From: Clostridia bacterium
GTDB lineage: Bacteria > Bacillota > Clostridia > Oscillospirales > CAG-272
Length of the DNA stretch: 64,000 bases
Assembly (NCBI GenBank): GCA_017465885.1
Contig: JAFTVG010000021.1
Coordinates: 46,500 to 110,499 of the forward strand
Direction: 5' to 3'
Part shown: piece by piece, positions 38,861 to 47,641 of the stretch
Numbering within the stretch: position 1 is the stretch's first letter
Layout: every line of letters starts with the position of its first letter
The notes under the pieces: generated by a model
Databases searched by the model: none
Told to the model about the DNA's origin: nothing
The model's input: only the letters and a program-made list of their open reading frames with translations
Translations under genes and position numbers: made by a program

Positions 38861-39499
38861 TTACTCCTTCCCAATCATTTTGGCATAGAGATTGGAAAGA
38901 ACCGCCGACAGGGTGCAAAGCAGGGCGGACAGCAAAATTCCTTTTTCGCAATATAGAACGATGAAGCCGTATAGTCTTTCAAGGACATCGGAAAGAGTGC
39001 CGTTGAAGGAAAAAAAGATGTGATAGTCGTAATGAAAGATCACCCACAGATAAGCACAAAGGGTGGTGGTGATGGTTAATAGCAAAGAAGAGATCCAAAA
39101 GGCTCTTCTGCTTTTATAAAGCCTTACAAAGTACCAATTGCAAAGAGAGAGCATAAAGCCGGTGGCGGGGGCGACCAGCCACAGCGCCCAGATGCCGTTT
39201 GAAAAGCCAAAGGGGCTCTGTGCCTCCAGCGACACACCCAGAGTGATCAGAGTAAAGGAAAGCAGCAGCAGTATCGACTGTAAAAGGGCGGCTTGCCACA
39301 GCCTCAAGGGCAACAGCCTTTTGGCGGGAGGTGCAGGAGTATCTGACAGAGGAAGCGGAGCATTGTCTGAGAGTTTTTCGTAAAGCTCCTTGCAATGAGG
39401 GCAGAGCGCAAGATGCTCCTTTACCAGCTGTGCGCTTTCCGCAGAACAGCAGTCGTCCACGTAAAGTGGCAACAGATCCTTGATGATATTGCAATTCAT
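38861..39499 (-). CDS. zf-HC2 (ZAS) anti-sigma factor, membrane anchored
   Basis: CNIIKDLLPLYVD...HLALCPHC; TM helices; follows an ECF sigma. Confidence 0.88.
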   Translation of the reverse strand: MNCNIIKDLLPLYVDDCCSAESAQLVKEHLALCPHCKELYEKLSDNAPLPLSDTPAPPAKRLLPLRLWQAALLQSILLLLSFTLITLGVSLEAQSPFGFSNGIWALWLVAPATGFMLSLCNWYFVRLYKSRRAFWISSLLLTITTTLCAYLWVIFHYDYHIFFSFNGTLSDVLERLYGFIVLYCEKGILLSALLCTLSAVLSNLYAKMIGKE

Positions 39500-39528
39500 A
39501 TGGACAGATCCTTTCTTGTTTTTATATT

Positions 39529-40020
39529 TTATCGGTCTTCTTGTCTGCTTTGCAGCTGTTCTTTCAGCTTTTGGCGAGCTCTGTGGAGGGTAACTCTTGC
39601 CCAGCTCTCGCTTTTGCTGTATGAGGAGCTGATCTCCTTTAAGGTCAATTTGCCGAAAACGGACAGAATGAAGACGTTTCGATAGGGTTGCTCTAATCGA
39701 TCAAGGCAAAGTGCGGCATCCCTTGAAAGCTCGCACTCAAGGAAACGGTCCTCGAAGCTCTCCGCCTGCGGAATCGCGCTTTGCTCCAGGGGGAGAATGC
39801 GCTTTTGCTCATTATACCAGGCAAAATATCTGTTTTTGGCAATGGAACAAAGCCAAGTGGGCGCTTTTTCGGTGTGGCGGAGGCTGCTTAAATTCATATA
39901 TGCGCGAAAGAAGGTGTCTTGCGTCAGCTCCTCTGCAAGATCGGGGCTTTTGGTTAGCTTCAAAAGGTACTTAAAAACCAGATCTTGATTTTCCTCATAG
40001 ATCCTTTCAAAATCCTGCAC
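39529..40020 (-). CDS. ECF RNA polymerase sigma factor
   Basis: AEELTQDTF, TWLCSIAKN, LKEIS...WARVTLHRAR. Confidence 0.92.
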   Translation of the reverse strand: MQDFERIYEENQDLVFKYLLKLTKSPDLAEELTQDTFFRAYMNLSSLRHTEKAPTWLCSIAKNRYFAWYNEQKRILPLEQSAIPQAESFEDRFLECELSRDAALCLDRLEQPYRNVFILSVFGKLTLKEISSSYSKSESWARVTLHRARQKLKEQLQSRQEDR

Positions 40021-40226
40021 GCACTCACCGCCTTTCAATTATTAGATAAAGTTTTCCTTGAAACGTTACAAAAAGTATAGCATATTTTTTAAAAAAAGGA
40101 AAGCCCCCTAAGAGAAAAGTCCGCAAGCGCAAAAACGGTCGTCCGACGAAAGTCGGACGACCGTCCTTTTTTATATGTGCTCCCTAAGGGGAGGCGTGCT
40201 CAGCTGCCGCGTTTGCGGCTGTCGGA

Positions 40227-43205
40227 TCAGATCTTCACACCCGAGAAGAAACGGTCTCTGATCTCGCTGACCACTTCCTTCAGGCTTCTGCTGTCCTCAT
40301 CACCGTCAACGGGTGTAGGCTCAAGGGAGAAGGTCTTGCCCGAGATGGCAAGCTGTCTGCCCATGTTGTAGTAGGTCACCACAGCGTTGACGCCGTTTTG
40401 TCCGTTGGTCACCTTATTGGGACCCGACTTGACCTTGGGGGTGATGATCTTGTTGAGGAAGTAATCCCACATCACGTAGTAGTAGTCGGAAAGCAGACCG
40501 CTGATCTCTCTGTTGGCGTAGTTGCCAAGGTCGATGGTGGACCAGTTGGTGATCAGCATATAAGCGTCTAACTTCATCAGGTCTACGTCAAAGTCGCTGT
40601 AGGTAGCGGTGCGCTCGTCGTTGACCCAAACATCCACTCTGCCGACCCACTTGCCAAGACGTGCCTTCTCGGTGAAGTCGGAAAGCTCATCCATGATCAG
40701 AATGAGGTCAAGGAATCTGGTCTTGTACTTTTCAAATTCCTCGTAGTTGCCTGCCTTGGCGGTGGAGAACATCTTGTCGATGTACTCGGTGGAAACATTG
40801 GACAGATAGGTTCTGCAGATGTCTACCAAGTCGTAAACGTAGGTCTCCTGATCCTTGAGTGCGTCATAATCGGAGAGCAGGCTCTTGATGGCGCCCTCTA
40901 CAGCCTTGTTCTGGTAAGCGGGATAGAAGTAACCGACTTCCTTGATGTGAAGCTGAGGATAGTTCACTACGCTGTAGTTGATGGTGGTGCCGTCAACGGT
41001 GTTCACGAAGTAAATGCACTTGAGCAGTCTTTCCCAAGCCTTTACGGTCTCCTCGCCGCCTCTGTAACGGCGCTCTGCATACTGGGTGATCCATTCTTCA
41101 ACGTCGATCTCCTTGTCCTCCCAGATCATTTCCCAGAAGAGGTCGAAGACCACGGGGTTTCTTTCGGTGGACTCACTGGTCAGACCGATACCCTTCATAT
41201 GCTTTGCCTGCTTGGAGGTGTTGAAGTAGTTGGTGGCAACCTTCTGCAGGCTCATATGCATACCCGATCTGCCGCCGTAGCTTTCCAGAATGCAGTAGCA
41301 CCAGCTGGAGCCGCCGAATTCCTTGCCGCCGTACTTGTTGGGGTCGGTGTTGGACCAACGGGGGCTATGTACTGCCGCCAGGTCAAGCAGCAGCATATGA
41401 TCCTCTCTGTCCTCGCCCCAGCCCTTGACCACGTCGGGCAGGGGGTTTTCCCACCAGGACTGGATGATCCATACGCCCTCGTCGTTTTCAGCCAGCAGCA
41501 GGTCCAGAACGGTACGGCTCATACTTGCCTTGTCGAAGGATGCGGGCAGATTGAAGCCGCCGGAGATCTCGTGGAGCAGGTCGCCTGCGTAGTAGTCGTT
41601 GACTCTGCCGTAGATGTAGTTCTGGGTTTCGTAGAAGGTCTCAGCCAGCTCTGTGAAGCCGGGGAAGGTGGTGTTGAGCGCGTAGGGACGGGTAAATCCG
41701 CACCAACCGCCGGTTGCGGTCATATAGTCGCCCACGTTGGGATAGCCCATATCAGCCAGAGCCTTTTCAGCCTTGGTGCCGAAGTCGGTGGGCATGGTGC
41801 CAACGAAGGTCTGCAGGCAGAGATCTGCGCCCATTACGGTCAGATATCTCTGGTTTACTCTTGCCATTTCAACGGTGTCCACGATCCAGTTGTCCGAAAC
41901 GGGGCCGCCGGTGCTTTCAAGGTTGCCCATCAGCCACCAAGCCTTCCAGGTGTAGCCGCAAACGAATTCGATGGCTTCCTGGCAGGTGTAGCCGTAGTTC
42001 TGCAGGTAGAGCACCCACAGAGCCTCGGTGGCGGTGGTGTCAAGCACCACGTTGATGCCCGAGAGCATCAGATAGTCCAATTCTCTCTGCCACTCGTCGT
42101 AGCCGTAGTAGGGCATGGTGTAAGACAGGGTGCAGTAGTTGTAGGTGTAACGAACCACCTGCTTGGTGTCTCTCTTGATGGCCTTATTTACCTTTACGAT
42201 GGAGTCGGGCATATCTACCTGCTTGGTCTCCTGAGAAACGTTGACCTTGCAGTAATACTTCAGATAGTAGTTCAAGCCTGTGGCGATGTTCACGCCGTTG
42301 TCACCCTTGATGAGGACCTTGCCGTCCTTCATGGAGATCTCGTAGTAATCCTTATCGGGATCGCCGTCGTCCTCCACGTCGAAGGTGAACCAGGAAACGT
42401 ACTTTTCGCCCAGCACTCTGGTGACAAGACCTTCAAGGGCCTTGATGGTGTCAGCCTCGGTGTAGGTGTCCTCGATGTCGTATTTGCCGTTTTGATCCTT
42501 GATGGTGGAAACGTCGAAGCCGTGGTTGGTCTTCAGCCATTCCTCATAGGAGGGGAACTTGATCTCGGTACGGGTGGGAGTCACTTCGGTGTCGTTCTCG
42601 ATACCGTGCACCTCGATCTCCGAAACGGTGGAGGTGGCGCTGGAGCCCTTACCCGAGTAGGTGGTCATCACGCGGATGACTCTGTAGTTGCGGGGGGTCT
42701 TGAAATAGAATTCCTCGCCCTTGGTGGCGGGAAGGATGGGCTGGGTGATGGCGCCCAGACGGTCGAAGTTGACGCCGTCAAGGCTTCCGTACACGTTGAA
42801 AGCGACCTGACCTGCACCCTTGGGGATCTTTACGACCACCTTTTTGATGGTGTGGTTCTTCTGCAGGTCCACTTCCACATACTTGGGGATCTCGCGGGAG
42901 GTCCAGTAGGTGCCGGCGCTGCCGTCGGTAACGTTTGCGGCGGTGTCCTTTCCGCCGTTTGCATAGGCGGGCTTTCCAAGCGCCACGTTGGTGGTGGGTC
43001 CGATGTCCACGTCAACCTCTTCCTTGCTTTCGGAGGGGGGCTGGGTGGAGGGCGTTTCGGGATCTTCAACAGAGCCCGAGGGGATGGGAGATGCGTTCTC
43101 GGAGGGCTCGTCGGTGGTGGGGGCGGTCTTCGTACAAGCGGCGAAGATACCCGCACACATCAACAGCGCCAGCAGCAGCGAGAGCGCACGCGTGAAGTGT
43201 TTCAT
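40227..43205 (-). CDS. Alpha-N-acetylglucosaminidase (GH89) lipoprotein with F5/8-type (CBM32-like) domain
   Basis: Lipobox FAA-C; NVALGKPA domain; RYTYNYCTLSYT, W.RELD, WWLMGNL, ERNPVVFDL, YANRE.SGL. Confidence 0.9.
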   Translation of the reverse strand: MKHFTRALSLLLALLMCAGIFAACTKTAPTTDEPSENASPIPSGSVEDPETPSTQPPSESKEEVDVDIGPTTNVALGKPAYANGGKDTAANVTDGSAGTYWTSREIPKYVEVDLQKNHTIKKVVVKIPKGAGQVAFNVYGSLDGVNFDRLGAITQPILPATKGEEFYFKTPRNYRVIRVMTTYSGKGSSATSTVSEIEVHGIENDTEVTPTRTEIKFPSYEEWLKTNHGFDVSTIKDQNGKYDIEDTYTEADTIKALEGLVTRVLGEKYVSWFTFDVEDDGDPDKDYYEISMKDGKVLIKGDNGVNIATGLNYYLKYYCKVNVSQETKQVDMPDSIVKVNKAIKRDTKQVVRYTYNYCTLSYTMPYYGYDEWQRELDYLMLSGINVVLDTTATEALWVLYLQNYGYTCQEAIEFVCGYTWKAWWLMGNLESTGGPVSDNWIVDTVEMARVNQRYLTVMGADLCLQTFVGTMPTDFGTKAEKALADMGYPNVGDYMTATGGWCGFTRPYALNTTFPGFTELAETFYETQNYIYGRVNDYYAGDLLHEISGGFNLPASFDKASMSRTVLDLLLAENDEGVWIIQSWWENPLPDVVKGWGEDREDHMLLLDLAAVHSPRWSNTDPNKYGGKEFGGSSWCYCILESYGGRSGMHMSLQKVATNYFNTSKQAKHMKGIGLTSESTERNPVVFDLFWEMIWEDKEIDVEEWITQYAERRYRGGEETVKAWERLLKCIYFVNTVDGTTINYSVVNYPQLHIKEVGYFYPAYQNKAVEGAIKSLLSDYDALKDQETYVYDLVDICRTYLSNVSTEYIDKMFSTAKAGNYEEFEKYKTRFLDLILIMDELSDFTEKARLGKWVGRVDVWVNDERTATYSDFDVDLMKLDAYMLITNWSTIDLGNYANREISGLLSDYYYVMWDYFLNKIITPKVKSGPNKVTNGQNGVNAVVTYYNMGRQLAISGKTFSLEPTPVDGDEDSRSLKEVVSEIRDRFFSGVKI

Positions 43206-43505
43206 GGTAACCTCCATTTTTAGGGGTAAGTGCATCCTTACCCAATTTACTCCTTCATTATATCACATATCTCACTTTTGCGCAATCGTCTTTTTGTACA
43301 AAAAGTGTGAACAATTTTTGTATAAGATGTGCAAAACTCTACGGAGCGGAGGATATATCCGAAAAAGTGTGCTCGTAAAAAGGAAAAAGAGCCGTTTTGT
43401 TTATGACTCGTTAAAAGGCGCGGGTATAATGAAGACAGGATTAAGACGAAAGGACTTGAAAAAAAGCGAAAAGCGTGCTATAATCGAGCTATCGGAAGAA
43501 AGGCG

Positions 43506-43742
43506 GTGGCGTTTATGGGACTCTTTAAAAGCAAGGGCGAAAAGGAGCTGGAGCACATCCTTTTCGAGATGAAGTGCAATCTTGAAAACAACTATAAGGA
43601 CAGCGCCCACAATGCGCGAAAACGCCTTATGGAGCGGGCAGACGCCCTTTATGCCGAAGGAAAGATCAAAGAAAAGGTCTACCACAAGTACCGACTGATC
43701 TACGAGGAGTATACCGAACGGTTGAAGGACTACCGACATTAA
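43506..43742 (+). CDS. Small conserved hypothetical protein
   Basis: 78-aa ORF behind a TTGAAA-17-TATAAT promoter; NLENNYKD.A motif. Confidence 0.7.
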   Translation: MAFMGLFKSKGEKELEHILFEMKCNLENNYKDSAHNARKRLMERADALYAEGKIKEKVYHKYRLIYEEYTERLKDYRH

Positions 43743-43760
43743 GAGAAAGGATGCACGAGA

Positions 43761-44408
43761 ATGGGACACGTTCCAAAGGGCGATACCCTTTGCTTGGAGA
43801 TCCCCTCCTTCAAGGAGGCGCTGAAGGAGGCGCTTCTGCCAAAGGAGGAATATGAGGTTGAAAAATGGCTGTACGTCCCCTGCAAGTATGAGGAATACCG
43901 TTATATTCTGGCAACGAGAGGGGAAAATCCGCTGATCTGCATCGGCATCAATCCCAGCACCGCAAGACCGGGGGCGCTGGACAACACCTTGAAGTCGGTG
44001 GAGCGTATCGCCTTACATAACGGTTACGACAGCTTCGTGATGTTCAATCTCTACGCTCAGCGGGCAACCGACCCGGACAGTATGGAAAGAGAGCAAAATC
44101 TCTATCTGCACAGACAGAATATGGAGGCATTTCGCTATATTTTAGGGCAGTACCGTCAGCCCCACGTGTGGGCGGCGTGGGGCGCCATCATTGAAAAGAG
44201 AGGCTATCTTGCGGGTTGCGCCGCCGAAATGTACGAGATCGGCGGTGAATACGGGGCAAAGTGGTTCACCTGCGGTGCCCGCTCGGTGAAAAAGGGGCAT
44301 CCCCACCATCCTCTTTATTTGAAAAAGGACAGCACCCTTGACCCCTTTGCGCCCGAGGAGTATTTTGATCTGCTGCTGAAAGATGCGGAAAAGAAATCAG
44401 GAAAATAG
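43761..44408 (+). CDS. DUF1643 domain protein
   Basis: YRYIL, IGINPSTA, NLY, AAWG, PHHPLY. Confidence 0.87.
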   Translation: MGHVPKGDTLCLEIPSFKEALKEALLPKEEYEVEKWLYVPCKYEEYRYILATRGENPLICIGINPSTARPGALDNTLKSVERIALHNGYDSFVMFNLYAQRATDPDSMEREQNLYLHRQNMEAFRYILGQYRQPHVWAAWGAIIEKRGYLAGCAAEMYEIGGEYGAKWFTCGARSVKKGHPHHPLYLKKDSTLDPFAPEEYFDLLLKDAEKKSGK

Positions 44409-44409
44409 A

Positions 44410-44518
44410 ATATCCGTGAGGGAGTAATTTGCCCTTGGTACGCCAAGGGTAAGACAGGTCAACAACCGACCTTTTTGGGGTCTGGTCTGTCTTCAAAAAA
44501 GAAATGAGACTCATATAT
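44410..44518 (+). ncRNA. yybP-ykoY manganese riboswitch
   Basis: TGAG-GGAGTA, P2 CCCTTGG/CCAAGGG, P3 AAGACAG/CTGTCTT with GTCAACA and TGG, then GAGACTCA; overlaps a terminator and precedes a P-type ATPase. Confidence 0.87.
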
Positions 44519-44551
44519 CGTAAGGCTTGCGATATATGAGTCTTGTTTTTT
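44506..44551 (+). terminator. Riboswitch expression-platform terminator
   Basis: GAGACTCATATATCG...CGATATATGAGTCTT then GTTTTTT; shares the 3' strand of P1. Confidence 0.82.
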
Positions 44552-44598
44552 ACATATACTACACTATATTGCCAAAGGCAAAAGAAAGGAAAAAAGCG

Positions 44599-47301
44599 GT
44601 GAAAGAGTATCTGTTAAGTGAACAAGAGGTGTGTACGGAGCAAAAAACCCATCCCGAAAGGGGGCTATCCTCAAAGGAGGCGGCGTGGCGGCTTGAGAAA
44701 AACGGCAGGAATAAGCTGGAGGAGGGCAAAAAGACCTCGCTTTTCGTGCGCTTTCTCCTCCAACTGAAGGACCCGATGATCCTCATTTTGCTGATCGCCG
44801 CGGCGGTGTCCGCCGTGACCGAATATTTTGAGGCGGTGGCGGCGGGGGCGGGCTTCGTGCCTGCCGATGCGCTGATCATTCTGGCGGTGGTGCTTCTCAA
44901 CGCCGTATTGGGCGTGGTGCAGGAAAGCAAGGCGGAGGCGGCGATTGAGGCGCTACAGAAGATGTCCGCTTCAAAAAGCAAGGTCATCAGAGACGGTAAG
45001 CTGATATTCATCGACAGCCAAGAGCTGGTGGTGGGCGATATTCTGGTGCTGGAGGCAGGAGATGCTTTGCCTGCCGACGGCAGACTTTTGGAATGCGCCT
45101 CCCTGCAGGTGGAGGAGGCGGCGTTAACGGGCGAGTCGGTGCCCGTGAATAAGGCTTTGGGGGTGCTTGGACTGTCAAGGGAGCTTGAAAACGTGCCTCT
45201 GGGGGACCGAACGAATATGGTCTACAGCGGCAGTACGGTGGTTTACGGCAGAGGCAAGGCGGTGGTGACCGCCTGCGGTATGGACACCGAAATGGGCAAG
45301 ATCGCAGGGGCGATCTCTGCCGCCGCCGACGATCAGACCCCTCTTCAAAAAAAGCTGGGGCAGTTGAGCAAGACCCTCTCCTTCCTGGTGCTGGGCATTT
45401 CGCTGTTCATCTTCATCTACAAGCTTGCCGCCTTCTTCCTCCTCGGTGCTTCGGCAGAGGGGCAGATCCTTACCCATATCCTTGAAGCCTTTATGGTGGC
45501 AGTCTCCCTTGCCGTTGCCGCCATTCCCGAAGGGCTGGTGGCGGTGGTCACGGTGGTGCTGTCCATCGGCGTGACCAATATGTCAAAGAAAAACGCCATC
45601 ATCCGCAAGATGACGGCGGTGGAGACGTTGGGCTGTGCCCAGATCATCTGCTCGGACAAAACGGGCACTCTGACCCAGAACAAAATGACGGTGGTGGACG
45701 CCTGCAACGGCGAAAACGGGCTGCTTGCCCGCGCTATGGCACTCTGCTCGGACGCCGAGTGGGAGGGGACCGAGGCGGTGGGCGAGCCCACCGAATGTGC
45801 GCTGGTAGCCTACGCGGCAGGGCTGGGGCTGCCAAAGGACGATCTGAAAAAAGACTATCCCCGCGTGGGTGAGGCACCCTTTGATTCGGACAGAAAGAGA
45901 ATGTCCACCCTGCATCAAAGGGAGGGCAAGGTGGTGCAGTACACCAAGGGCGCGCCCGACGAACTGTTAAAGAGATGCGATCGGATGGTGGAAGGAGGAG
46001 TGGTGCGCCCCTTGACAGAGGAGGATAAAGCCGCCATTCTTTCTCAGAACAAGGCCTACGCCGACAGAGCCCTGCGGGTGCTGGGTGCGGCGTATACGGA
46101 ATACGAAGCCCTTCCCGAGGATTGCTCTCCCGAGGCTCTGGAGCGGGATCTGATCTTTATCGGGCTCGTGGGGATGATCGATCCCGTTCGCCCCGAGGTG
46201 AAGATCGCCATAGAGGAATGCAAGGCGGCGGGCATCCGCGCCGTGATGATCACGGGTGACCACAAGGATACCGCCGTTGCCATCGGCAAGGAGCTGGGGA
46301 TCCTCTCCTCTGCCCGGGGTGCTATTACGGGTGCAGAGCTGGACGCCATTTCCGAGGAGGACTTTGAAAGGGAAGTGGAGAACTATTCGGTCTACGCCCG
46401 CGTTGGACCCGAGCACAAGGTGCGCATCGTTTCGGCGTGGAAAAAGAAGGGCAAGATCACCGCTATGACCGGCGACGGCGTCAACGACGCCCCCTCCATC
46501 AAAAAGGCGGACATCGGCGTAGGTATGGGCATCACGGGCACCGACGTGACCAAAAACGTGGCGGATATGGTGCTTGCAGACGACAACTTTGCCACCATCG
46601 TTTCGGCGGTAAACGAGGGGCGCAGGATCTACGATAACATCAAAAAATCGGTGCAGTTTCTGCTGTCCTCCAATATTTCCGAGGTCATTTCGGTCTTCGT
46701 TGCCACCGTTTTGAACTTTACCATTCTGGAAGCGCCCCATCTTTTGTGGATCAATCTGGTCACCGACTCTCTGCCTGCCATCGCCCTTGGTATGGAAAAG
46801 GCGGAAAAGGACGTGATGAAGCGCCCGCCCCGCGACCCCAAGGAAGGTCTTTTTGCGGGCGGAATGGCGTTTGAGGTGGTGCTGCACGGATTGCTCGTTT
46901 CGCTTCTGACCCTTGCCGCCTTCTTTATCGGCGAGCGCATTGAGTTGGGACACTGGCAGTTTATGGGCATCGTCGACGCCCACGATGGAATGACCATGGC
47001 GTTTCTTACCATGTCCATGTGTGAGATCTTCCACGCCTTCAATATGCGCTCAAGACGCGCCTCCTCTGTGGGAATGCTCTTTACGGGCAGACACAATCCC
47101 CTGCTTTACGGTGCGTTGATCGGCTCCTTCCTGCTGACTGCGGCGGTGCTGTATATCCCGATCCTTCGCGATCTGTTCGGCTTTGCCCCCATCAGCCTTT
47201 TGGAGTTTGCCATTGCCTTGGGGCTTGCTTTGCTGATCGTGCCGATGGTGGAGCTGACCAAGTGGATTGGCCGCAGGGCAGAAAAGAAAAAGAAAAAGTA
47301 A
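44599..47301 (+). CDS. P2A-type cation-transporting ATPase (Ca2+/Mn2+, YoaB-like)
   Basis: TGES, IPEGL, DKTGTLT, KGAPD, TGDGVND. Confidence 0.95.
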   Translation: MKEYLLSEQEVCTEQKTHPERGLSSKEAAWRLEKNGRNKLEEGKKTSLFVRFLLQLKDPMILILLIAAAVSAVTEYFEAVAAGAGFVPADALIILAVVLLNAVLGVVQESKAEAAIEALQKMSASKSKVIRDGKLIFIDSQELVVGDILVLEAGDALPADGRLLECASLQVEEAALTGESVPVNKALGVLGLSRELENVPLGDRTNMVYSGSTVVYGRGKAVVTACGMDTEMGKIAGAISAAADDQTPLQKKLGQLSKTLSFLVLGISLFIFIYKLAAFFLLGASAEGQILTHILEAFMVAVSLAVAAIPEGLVAVVTVVLSIGVTNMSKKNAIIRKMTAVETLGCAQIICSDKTGTLTQNKMTVVDACNGENGLLARAMALCSDAEWEGTEAVGEPTECALVAYAAGLGLPKDDLKKDYPRVGEAPFDSDRKRMSTLHQREGKVVQYTKGAPDELLKRCDRMVEGGVVRPLTEEDKAAILSQNKAYADRALRVLGAAYTEYEALPEDCSPEALERDLIFIGLVGMIDPVRPEVKIAIEECKAAGIRAVMITGDHKDTAVAIGKELGILSSARGAITGAELDAISEEDFEREVENYSVYARVGPEHKVRIVSAWKKKGKITAMTGDGVNDAPSIKKADIGVGMGITGTDVTKNVADMVLADDNFATIVSAVNEGRRIYDNIKKSVQFLLSSNISEVISVFVATVLNFTILEAPHLLWINLVTDSLPAIALGMEKAEKDVMKRPPRDPKEGLFAGGMAFEVVLHGLLVSLLTLAAFFIGERIELGHWQFMGIVDAHDGMTMAFLTMSMCEIFHAFNMRSRRASSVGMLFTGRHNPLLYGALIGSFLLTAAVLYIPILRDLFGFAPISLLEFAIALGLALLIVPMVELTKWIGRRAEKKKKK

Positions 47302-47425
47302 GCGGATAAGACCGCGAACCCAACGAAAAGCGAGCCTGCCTGCAAACGTCCTTTCAAAGGAAGAACGGGTTTTCCCCTTTTGCCGAAAAAACACCGCTTT
47401 TTTCGGCAAAAGGGGTGAGTACGCC

Positions 47426-47454
47426 TTGACATACGAGGGCGTTTGTGGTATACT
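47426..47454 (+). promoter_or_regulatory. Sigma-A promoter of pyk
   Basis: TTGACA-17 bp-TATACT with extended TG. Confidence 0.78.
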
Positions 47455-47460
47455 GATCTT

Positions 47461-47593
47461 TGGCGTAAGGGTGGAGTCTGTCATAAAACGGTTTACCGTT
47501 TTATTTACGCCGTCGTAAGGAGAACTTTTCGATGACAGGGCTGACGTTCTGTCTTTTTTCTTGCATAGAGTATGGACTTTGCCGTATGCGCCA
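47461..47593 (+). ncRNA. Candidate structured leader/attenuator upstream of pyk
   Basis: Terminator GACAGGGC/GTTCTGTC-T6 at 47534-47559 with competing pairings. Confidence 0.4.
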
Positions 47594-47641
47594 AGGCAAA
47601 CGCGCGAAAGCGCGGATCGATAAGAAAGCGTAGAGAAGAAA

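Larger units (their letters stand above)
38111..40138. repeat. 36-bp perfect direct repeat at 38111-38146 and 40103-40138 flanking a 3-gene cassette
   Basis: GCCCCCTAAGAGAAAAGTCCGCAAGCGCAAAAACGG at both ends. Confidence 0.9.

Noticed and set aside
40947-43223. 758-aa plus-strand ORF
   Set aside because: Antisense shadow of the GH89 gene caused by codon bias; no motifs or RBS
47461-47593. Fluoride riboswitch or 6S RNA upstream of pyk
   Set aside because: TGGAGT..CATAAA resemblance lacks the fluoride P1/pseudoknot pairing; too short and too branched for 6S; kept only as an unclassified leader
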